From positions 608,001 to 672,000 of the forward strand of contig OZ223209.1 of the NCBI GenBank assembly GCA_965140415.1: a stretch of DNA of 64,000 nucleotides, in the 5' to 3' direction. Origin of the DNA: Myxococcota bacterium. GTDB lineage: Bacteria > Myxococcota_A > SURF-8. Of the stretch, positions 38,314 to 46,219 are shown in pieces. The notes under the pieces were generated by a model. The model ran no database searches, was not told the DNA's origin, and worked only from the letters and a program-made list of their open reading frames with translations. Within the stretch, counting starts at the first letter, position 1, and each line of letters begins with the position of its first letter. A program made the position numbers and the translations under genes.

Positions 38314-41300
38314 CTATTCCAGGCCCTCGAATTCACCGTCGGTGGCGATCGTGGCCACCAGGCGGCTGGTAGCGGGGGACAGAACCACGACCTCATCATC
38401 ATCGGTATTGGCGATCACGAAGTTGCCTGCGGAGTCGAAAGCGAAACCGCGTGGGCCGTTGAGTCGTTTGCTGCCGAACAGAATCTCGCGCGAGGCGGGG
38501 CCGCCGTAGACGAGCATCTGTTTGGTTTCATCGCCGTGGCGAATGATGTTCGAGCTGGTGGCATGGGCCAATACGGCGGCGGGAACTTTGCTGATGTAAC
38601 CGCTCTTGGCCGGTACCTGTCTGTCACTGTAGCTGCCCACGAACGGCCACTTGTTGCTGGTGCCCTTCTGATGCAGGATGTAAAGGTTACCGGTGGCATT
38701 GAATTTCATCGCGCTGACGTTGCGGAAGCTGTTGCCGTCGGAAAGCTGCTCGGGCGATTGCAATTCGCCATCGATCATGCGCTGGCGGTACAGGCGGTTT
38801 TTACGGATGTAGTACAGGTTGCCCTGCGCATCGATAGCCGGAGCAGTCAGCGAGCTGTTGAACTGGGCGATCAATTCGCCGTTCTGGCCCTGCTCGTCGG
38901 AGACGGCACCGTTGGTTTCCAGCGCGAAGCGGACGACCTGCTTGGCGTTGCTGCGGGTGACGTAGATCCAACCACCATTGTTATCCACGACGTTGCCGCT
39001 GGTGCGGTCGATACCGCGCTGGGTGTTGTCACCCATGAAGAAGCGCTGGGTCGAACCGGCGTCGCCGTTGCGGAAGTCGGGAGATTGGCTCTGGCCAAGC
39101 TGATTGGTGCGGCTGTTGCGCACGATTTTCCAGATGCCGTCGTCGGAGCTGCTGCCGGTGTCGGTGACGTACAGGTAACCCTGCGGCGACAGACTGACCT
39201 TATTGGGGCGGAAGTCTTCGTATTGCGTGTTGGCGCTGGTGTCGTCGGCCAACTGGACCTGGCCTGTGCGTCGGTGCAGATCGTTGATGGACAGCACCGC
39301 ACCGGTTTTGCTCTGGTCGCTGCTCAGAATCGTAGAGCCGTCCTTGGAACCGGCGACATAGATACTGCCGTCGTTGTCTACTACGACATCCCAGGGGCGC
39401 GACAGGCCGGCGTAGGTCACTTCCAGATTCTCGCCATCGGGGTCGCAGGCTTCGCCGTGGCCGTCCAAGTCCGGGTCGGCCTGATCGGAGTTGGCGGCCA
39501 GCGGGCAGTTATCGTCTTCATCGAGCACGTCGTCGTTGTCATCATCATCATCCACACAGTCGGCCACGCCGTCCTGGTCGGTGTCATCGAAGCCCTCATC
39601 CACTTCGCCGTCGCCGGTGTTGTCCACGCCGTCGCAGACTTCCGTGACCATCGTCGGTTCGACCCAGTCCATCACGCAGCGGAAACCGATGTTGTCCGAT
39701 TTCAGCAGCGCCGGGCGCTTTTCGCGCTGGAAGATGCGCAGCTGGCGAGCGTCGGAGAGGAAGGAGCCACCGCGAGTGACCTTGTTGGAACAGTTGGCCA
39801 GACACGCCGTGTCGCCGTGGCAACCCATGCGGCATTCTTCTTCGCCGTCCACGTAAGGATGGCTGACGGCGCTGTCCTCATCGGGGGCGTCGGGGTAGGT
39901 ATGGTAGTTGTCGGCCACCCATTCTTCCACGTTACCAGCCATGTCGAAGATGCAGCGGGTGCCGTTGCAGGTGGAGCCGTCTTCGTAGCCGGGATTCTTG
40001 CCGTTGAACTGACCGACCTTCATGGTGGTGTTCTGGCCCATATCCATGCCGTTGGCGGCGGTTTCTTCGTAGGTGTCGCCCCAGGGGTAACGGCCTTCGC
40101 CACGCGGCTTGGCGGCCACTTCCCACTCGGCTTCCGTCGGCAGGCGCAGACCCTGGCTGATGCAGTATTTCTTGGCGTCGCTCCAGTCTACGTAGGTGAC
40201 GGGATGCGTATCGCGACCGGCTCTCCAGTAATCGGCTTCCTGAGTAGGCTGATGCTCGCAGCCGGTGGCGCAGTAGTTGTTGTCATTGCAGTAGTGCATG
40301 TTCGGACAGTCCGTGTCAATTTCGCAATGCTGAGGCGTCTGGTTGTACTTGGTGACGCATTCACGGTACTGCCGGTTGGTGGTTTCGTATTGCATGATCA
40401 GGATCGGACCGACTTCCACATAATGCTGCTTTTCATCGGTGTAGCACTGTTTGCCGTCGGGGCAGCCCATCTGGTAGACGGCGCGCGCTTCGAAGGAGTA
40501 ACCCGGCGGGATGGTCGGCTCGGGCGCATCGGCATCGGCGATGACGAAGTGGAAGTGCGTCGGTTCGCTCCACAGACCGGCGTTGTTCTGGCCGCGCACA
40601 TGGAAGTAGTACTCGCCCGGTTGCATGTCGGTGTAATCCATTTCGGACACGGTGCTGTCGATCTGCTCGTTAGGCATCGTAGCAGGTTCCGTATCGACCG
40701 TGTAGGAGTAGCCCGCGATACCGGACAGGTCGCTCATGGTCCACACGAAGCGCGGATCGTTGTTCTGGTATTCCATGTCCTGCGACACGTGGGTCGGGGA
40801 ACTCACCACCGGGGCTTCGGGGGCGCTGGCGTCGATCTTGACCATGTAGTGAGCGGTTTCGCCCCAGTTACCCGAATCATCGACGGTGCGCACGTGGAAG
40901 TACCAGATGCCGTCGGCGACGTCTTCGTACACGGCGGAACCTTCTTTACTCGTCACGTGCTCGGAAGGATCGGGGCAGGCGGGCAGATCGGGATCTTCGC
41001 TGCCGATCACGTCGCGACCGGCCTGTAAGGTGAAGCTGTAGAGTCCTTCCACCAGCATACCCGATTTGATCTTGTGCTGAATCGAACCCAGGTGTTGCGG
41101 GCCCGGCTCGATCTGGATGTTGAACATCAACACCGCCGGTTCATCCTGCGCTTCCAACGCTGCCAGCATGGAGCTGTCGATGTCGTTGGTGACGGTGACG
41201 TCATCCAGCTTCAACCAGAAGCTACCATGATTGCCCTGCGCGAAGATGTACTCGTTGGCGGTTTTCAGGCTGCCTTCAGCCACGGTCTGGTAACTGCAAT

Positions 41301-44004
41301 CGTCTTGCAGCAGTTGCAGCGCGAAGCCGCTGGTGACGGTGGTTTCGACGAAGGCGAAGCGGTTGCCAGTGTAGCTGGCGGGATTCAGTTCAACCGAATT
41401 GAGCAGCACACGGCTTTTGGGCAGGAAGCAGGCGAAGTCGATGCCGCTGTAGGCGTGCAGCGCGTCGGATTCGGGTGCAACGCCGCTGAGCATCTGGTCG
41501 CCCTGGAAGGTGACGGTTTCGCTGAAGCCGTCGGAGTTCTCGTCCGTGATGCGGAAGGCACCGCTGGCGGTAGCCGTCACATCCGATTCCAGGTCCATAT
41601 CACAGGCGCAGGTGGTTTCTTCCTGAGTGTAATCGAACTCCAGTCCTTCCACGTCGGGCAGTTCGATGTCCGGAGTGATGGTTTCCACGACCACGCCGTC
41701 GGTCGGACGAATCTTGGCGATGGGCGGATAGTCGTTGCTGGTATTATCGATACCTGCGTACAGGAAGCCGTCCGGATGCCATCCCAACGATTCCACATCG
41801 GTGTTGTAAGGCAATTCGGCGATATCTTCGATTGTTTCACCGTCGATGTCGATGCGTACCAGTTTGGAGTAGCTGCCGGAGTTGTCCAGGCCGTACAGGG
41901 TGCCGCTGGGACCGAAGGCACAACCTTCGATGTTACCGGTGACGTTCATCACGCGGGTCAGTTGTGCCGTTTCCGTATCGATCGTGTACAGGCGGTTGGT
42001 GGCGGTGGAGATCGCATACAGCAGGCCGTCGGGTGAAGTCGCCAGGCAGTCCAGATCCTGAACGGTGGAACCGTTGTCCTTAAGCCGACCCACTTCTTCG
42101 GCTCGGATGTTGATGCCGCTCTTGTTGGTCGGATCGATGCGGTACAGGCGGTTGGCGATGGTGGAATGACCGGTGTTGTTGATGCCGTAGAACTGGCCGT
42201 TCAGGATCGCCAGCGATTCCAGGTCTTCCAGGGTGCGGTTATTCGGGCTGCGCACGCGACCCAGTTCGGTCACCTGCGGTTCGTCGTCGTAGAGATCCAT
42301 GTAGAACATGGTGCCGTCGCCGTCGTTCACGCCATAGGCGCGGTAGTTGTAAGCGCCCGCACCGTGACCGGAGCAACTGCATACCGGGGCGCTGGTGGCA
42401 CCGGCGGCGGGATTGGAAGGCAGCAGGAAGCGGTCTTTCGGAATGATTTCTTCGCTGCCACCCGGAGGCGTCCACCACACTTGCAGTGCGATCAGCACAC
42501 GCGGTCCTTGGAAGTACTCCACCACGAAATCATGCAGACCCGCTTCCAGGTAAACACTGCCAGTTTTTACTACCGGAGCATGTACGCCGTCGTTGTCGAT
42601 AACCTTGTTGCCGTCGATCCACAAAATCGAGCCATCGTCCGAATTCATTTTAAAGCGATATGTACCACTTCTGGGCACGTCCAGACCCGCCGTGAAGCGA
42701 ATGGTGAACCATTCCAGCAGGGTGTCGTCCACACCGGGGAAACCTTCCTCGAAACGGTGTGTAGGAACGTTCAACTGGCAGGCGGTGATGGTCGATTGCG
42801 GCTCGCCCATGGTGTCAAAATCGGGCATACGGCAACCCCAGTCGTAGCAGCCCAGATCGTAGACTTTGCCCAACAGACCCTTGCCGATTTCAAACTCACC
42901 GTCCGGGCAGAAGGCGGTGTCGCCAACGACTTCCAGCGAGCGCTCACAGGTTGCTTCTCCTTTGGGATTGAAGATTTTCACTTCATAAGAACCCAGCGTC
43001 ATAGGCGCTTCCAGTACGATCTGCGTGGGCTGCACGCTGATAATGCTGGCCGGTTCATCATTCAGAGTCACCGTGATGGTCGAGGTCCATTGACCGAAGT
43101 TCGTGCCGTACACAGTGGCCATGCCACCCTGCAATACCACCGTCGGTTCGACTGTCGCGCAGGTCGGAGCGTCGGCGTAGGTACTGGGTTGACATTCGGC
43201 GGCGGCTTCATCTTCCACCGTGTGATCGGCGACTTCGTCGGGCACCGTGGAAGGAACTTGATCGAAGGAGAAGGAGAATCCATCTACGCCGATGTCATCG
43301 GTAGCAGTCCAATGGAATTCGGCGGTATTTTCGGGGGACCAGGCATCGCTGTCGGGATGTGAGGGGGAATCCACGACGGGAGTCGATGGGGGCGTGCTGT
43401 CCAGTTCTTCGGTGCGATAACTGCGAATGTGGATGACCGGATGCAGAATGTAGCCTTCACCCGGCGCGTAATGCACGGAAGAAGACGCATCCCAGTCGAG
43501 CAGCATGGTAGAGACGGTTTCGTCGTCTGCCTCGAAGTGGAACTTGATTTTCACGCCGCTGCTGGAGCCGCTGGGCACGAACAGGTCGTAGGTGTCACCC
43601 TCGACCACGATCGAGCTGTCCGTCACCAGCAGGCGCAGTTCGCTGTAGGAGCCCGCCGGGATGGAGGTAATGCCCAGGGTGCTGGCCACACCATAGCGCA
43701 ATCCCAATAAATCCAGTGTTTGCGTCTGGTTAGAGATCGTGATCCAGCCGCGCTCATCGTGATGTGCAGCAACTTCGCTGATCGTTAGCCAGACGTTATC
43801 GACATTATCCACCGGTTTGTCGGTCAACTGCACCCGCAAACGGGGCGAGATGTCCGTCAGATCCGGATCATTATAAATGTCTTCGTCCAGCGGTGCACTG
43901 GGGTCGGAGTCACCGGCCTGTTGCCCGCAACCGACAACCAGCAGCACTACAGCGATCAGCAACCACAGCGCCTTGCTCGTTTTGTTTCGTGTTATGTTGC
44001 TCAT
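38314..44004 (-). CDS. Multidomain lipoprotein (1896 aa): DUF4382-like, FN3/Ig-like, IPT/TIG, PA14, beta-propeller, FGE-sulfatase-like, TSP3, NHL-like propeller
   Basis: Lipobox VVG-C; LTDKP..VPSG.SSGVK; YGTNFG; SDDGS.LWIDG..IDNDG.H; HPVTYV.W, RLPTEAEWE, DMAGNV.EW, RGGS, GFRC; DNCP..AN.DQ.D; NGPRG.AFD..GN. Confidence 0.88.
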   Translation of the reverse strand: MSNITRNKTSKALWLLIAVVLLVVGCGQQAGDSDPSAPLDEDIYNDPDLTDISPRLRVQLTDKPVDNVDNVWLTISEVAAHHDERGWITISNQTQTLDLLGLRYGVASTLGITSIPAGSYSELRLLVTDSSIVVEGDTYDLFVPSGSSSGVKIKFHFEADDETVSTMLLDWDASSSVHYAPGEGYILHPVIHIRSYRTEELDSTPPSTPVVDSPSHPDSDAWSPENTAEFHWTATDDIGVDGFSFSFDQVPSTVPDEVADHTVEDEAAAECQPSTYADAPTCATVEPTVVLQGGMATVYGTNFGQWTSTITVTLNDEPASIISVQPTQIVLEAPMTLGSYEVKIFNPKGEATCERSLEVVGDTAFCPDGEFEIGKGLLGKVYDLGCYDWGCRMPDFDTMGEPQSTITACQLNVPTHRFEEGFPGVDDTLLEWFTIRFTAGLDVPRSGTYRFKMNSDDGSILWIDGNKVIDNDGVHAPVVKTGSVYLEAGLHDFVVEYFQGPRVLIALQVWWTPPGGSEEIIPKDRFLLPSNPAAGATSAPVCSCSGHGAGAYNYRAYGVNDGDGTMFYMDLYDDEPQVTELGRVRSPNNRTLEDLESLAILNGQFYGINNTGHSTIANRLYRIDPTNKSGINIRAEEVGRLKDNGSTVQDLDCLATSPDGLLYAISTATNRLYTIDTETAQLTRVMNVTGNIEGCAFGPSGTLYGLDNSGSYSKLVRIDIDGETIEDIAELPYNTDVESLGWHPDGFLYAGIDNTSNDYPPIAKIRPTDGVVVETITPDIELPDVEGLEFDYTQEETTCACDMDLESDVTATASGAFRITDENSDGFSETVTFQGDQMLSGVAPESDALHAYSGIDFACFLPKSRVLLNSVELNPASYTGNRFAFVETTVTSGFALQLLQDDCSYQTVAEGSLKTANEYIFAQGNHGSFWLKLDDVTVTNDIDSSMLAALEAQDEPAVLMFNIQIEPGPQHLGSIQHKIKSGMLVEGLYSFTLQAGRDVIGSEDPDLPACPDPSEHVTSKEGSAVYEDVADGIWYFHVRTVDDSGNWGETAHYMVKIDASAPEAPVVSSPTHVSQDMEYQNNDPRFVWTMSDLSGIAGYSYTVDTEPATMPNEQIDSTVSEMDYTDMQPGEYYFHVRGQNNAGLWSEPTHFHFVIADADAPEPTIPPGYSFEARAVYQMGCPDGKQCYTDEKQHYVEVGPILIMQYETTNRQYRECVTKYNQTPQHCEIDTDCPNMHYCNDNNYCATGCEHQPTQEADYWRAGRDTHPVTYVDWSDAKKYCISQGLRLPTEAEWEVAAKPRGEGRYPWGDTYEETAANGMDMGQNTTMKVGQFNGKNPGYEDGSTCNGTRCIFDMAGNVEEWVADNYHTYPDAPDEDSAVSHPYVDGEEECRMGCHGDTACLANCSNKVTRGGSFLSDARQLRIFQREKRPALLKSDNIGFRCVMDWVEPTMVTEVCDGVDNTGDGEVDEGFDDTDQDGVADCVDDDDDNDDVLDEDDNCPLAANSDQADPDLDGHGEACDPDGENLEVTYAGLSRPWDVVVDNDGSIYVAGSKDGSTILSSDQSKTGAVLSINDLHRRTGQVQLADDTSANTQYEDFRPNKVSLSPQGYLYVTDTGSSSDDGIWKIVRNSRTNQLGQSQSPDFRNGDAGSTQRFFMGDNTQRGIDRTSGNVVDNNGGWIYVTRSNAKQVVRFALETNGAVSDEQGQNGELIAQFNSSLTAPAIDAQGNLYYIRKNRLYRQRMIDGELQSPEQLSDGNSFRNVSAMKFNATGNLYILHQKGTSNKWPFVGSYSDRQVPAKSGYISKVPAAVLAHATSSNIIRHGDETKQMLVYGGPASREILFGSKRLNGPRGFAFDSAGNFVIANTDDDEVVVLSPATSRLVATIATDGEFEGLE

Positions 44005-44073
44005 TCCCTCGCTCCCTTGTTTGCGCCATGGTCCCCATTTTGCCATGGCAGTTTCAACACGCCTATTAGTAGG

Positions 44074-44090
44074 AGCAAATTCAGTGCCAA
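44074..44090 (-). promoter_or_regulatory. sigma54 (-24/-12) promoter
   Basis: TTGGCACTGAATTTGCT matches TGGCAC-N5-TTGC. Confidence 0.85.
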
Positions 44091-44181
44091 ATCGGCCCAT
44101 TTTTTGAATTAATTTTTCCACAGTCATTCCAACATGTTTCGACTTTGCAATGAATACAAATTTCGCAGTCAATTTTTCTCA

Positions 44182-44223
44182 GTGTTAACAAGCTGACATT
44201 CTGTGTTAAGAATGTTAACACTC
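44182..44223. promoter_or_regulatory. Upstream activator sites (tandem)
   Basis: Palindrome GTGTTAA-N5-TTAACAC at 44203-44221, plus a second GTGTTAA-led site 21 bp away at 44182. Confidence 0.7.
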
Positions 44224-44346
44224 ATGGTCTTCCAGTGAGTATAGAGAATACGTAAGAAAAACATACAATTCCCCGATGCCGCAGGGCGGTTCAAGGAAAT
44301 TGTTTGGTGCGCCAAACTGGCCGCGGAAAGGCTGAGTCGTTGGGCG

Positions 44347-45648
44347 TTAATTGTTTTCTTCCGGTTTTTCCAAGTTGTAGTTTTTAATTTTCTTATAAAG
44401 CGTAACTCGCGATATCCCTAGAACTTCACTAGCTTTTTTTATGTTCCAATCCGTGATCTTCAGAACGCGCCGAATATGCTGACGTTCTACATCCTGTAGA
44501 TTATAGCTCTTCAATTCCGTTTGTGTCACGCGTTTACGGTAACTTCTCAGCATTTGGTCTACGTCCTGGGTCAATATCGTCGTGTCCTTGGCCATAAATG
44601 CCAGGCGTGTGATGACGTTTTCCAGTTCGCGAACATTGCCGGGCCAATCGTAACCTTGCAGTTTGGCAAGCGCCCCATCCTCGAATTGACGCGACCAGGG
44701 GTCTCCGTAGTTTTCCTTCGAATGGCGTTGCAGAATGTCGATGGCAAGCACCGGAATATCGTCCGGGCGTTCGCGCAGCGAAGGCAGATGAATCGGAAAC
44801 ACGTTGATCCGATAAAACAGATCTTCCCGGAATTCCCCGGTTTTTACCATTTCTTCCAAGGGGCGATGCGTGGCGGCGATCATGCGCACATCCACTTTGA
44901 TACTTGCCGCGCCGCCCAGCCGCTCGAAGGTTTTGTTTTGCAGCACGCGCAACAGTTTGACCTGGTTGGCGATGCTCAATTCTCCCAACTCATCCAAAAA
45001 CAGCGTTCCGCTGTCCGCCAGTTCAAAGCGACCCAGCTTGCGTCCGCTGGCACCGGTAAACGCCCCTTTCTCGTGGCCGAACATCTCCGTTTCAAACAGC
45101 GTGTCAGGCAACGTCGCGCAGTTTACGGCGAAGAAGGGATTGAGCGCCCGTGGGGAAAGTTCGTGGATGGCGCTGGCTACCAGTTCCTTTCCGGTGCCGG
45201 TTTCGCCGTGAATCAGCACGGTGGCGTCTGAACGAGCGATAGTGTGGATCATTTCGAAGACGAGCTTCATTTTCTCGTCTACGCCGATCATTTTGGACAG
45301 GTATTTTTCCTGCACCGCCGAACGTTTTTCTACCAGGCTTTTATTGTCGCTTAGAATCGAGCTGACGTTTTCCAGCAGGCCGTTGTCACCGGCATTGCGC
45401 AGACGATAAGCGCGGCCACCGGGAATCGGGACTTCCTCCACGATTTCCTCGGAAATCATCGGGGCCAAACAGGCCATGACATCGCGCACCAGTACCCCGG
45501 ATTGTTTGGATAAGCCCCCGATATCGTATACCCTTGTAGGATCTTTGGCGAAAATCGAAAGTAAATGAAGGCGTAAAGGCGAACGCATCTGATGGTACAA
45601 GGGACTCGACTTGCCCAGTTTCAGATCCCAATCGACCGTATTTACCAT
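44347..45648 (-). CDS. sigma54-dependent Fis-family activator with a non-REC, wHTH-like N-terminus
   Basis: GETGTGKE, GAFTGA, FLDE, FREDLFYR, WPGNVREL, LGISRVTLYKK. Confidence 0.93.
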   Translation of the reverse strand: MVNTVDWDLKLGKSSPLYHQMRSPLRLHLLSIFAKDPTRVYDIGGLSKQSGVLVRDVMACLAPMISEEIVEEVPIPGGRAYRLRNAGDNGLLENVSSILSDNKSLVEKRSAVQEKYLSKMIGVDEKMKLVFEMIHTIARSDATVLIHGETGTGKELVASAIHELSPRALNPFFAVNCATLPDTLFETEMFGHEKGAFTGASGRKLGRFELADSGTLFLDELGELSIANQVKLLRVLQNKTFERLGGAASIKVDVRMIAATHRPLEEMVKTGEFREDLFYRINVFPIHLPSLRERPDDIPVLAIDILQRHSKENYGDPWSRQFEDGALAKLQGYDWPGNVRELENVITRLAFMAKDTTILTQDVDQMLRSYRKRVTQTELKSYNLQDVERQHIRRVLKITDWNIKKASEVLGISRVTLYKKIKNYNLEKPEENN

Positions 45649-45700
45649 TCATCGACTCCTTTCGCGTTCTCGTGACAAGCTCTCTCACTGTTGTTGAAAG

Positions 45701-45740
45701 CTGTGTTAAGAATATTAACACTCCTTTTCTGCGGCGTCAA
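45701..45740 (-). promoter_or_regulatory. Activator gene promoter overlapped by a second copy of the 23-bp site
   Basis: TTGACG-17-TAATAT on the minus strand; 45701-45723 matches 44201-44223 at 22/23 nt. Confidence 0.75.
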
Positions 45741-45834
45741 GAGATTTGCTTTTGGTAGTTATTTCAGGTGTTTCTGGAAAATTGCAGAATGCTGTTGGTA
45801 AAGTTTAATATGGGTGCCACTGTCTTCGAGCAAC

Positions 45835-45921
45835 GGGTGGTATGGGCGAAGCGAAGAGAAACGGAGCTTGCCCATGTGATTCTCGAACACGGGCAAGCCT
45901 GCGGCTTTGCCCGTGCCACCC
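45835..45921. repeat. REPIN-like inverted doublet
   Basis: GGGTGGTATGGGC..GCCCATG followed by CACGGGC..GCCCGTGCCACCC. Confidence 0.6.
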
Positions 45922-46219
45922 CGAGTTCAGATAAGTTTGCAATCTTTTGCGATGTACTCCCCGATATAATCTGGTATTTAAAAAGGGTTGCAAGCATCAT
46001 TTAATATGAAGTAGTATGAGTGACGATTCATCAAGCCATAACGGCTTACTTGGAAATGGGATTTCGCACCGGGTAACGTGAACGCCAAAAGACGAATGTG
46101 GAGGAGTATCGATTCTCCAAAGCGGCGGTCTGAAATGGGGATGTTCACTGTTGTAAAATGACCGGTCCCGTTCGTTCTCTTGCATGATGACGCAACGGGT
46201 TTTCGCAAGGAGTAGTGCT

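Noticed and set aside
45764-46004. 78-aa ORFs on both strands
   Set aside because: They span a REPIN-like palindrome and lack an SD or recognisable motif.
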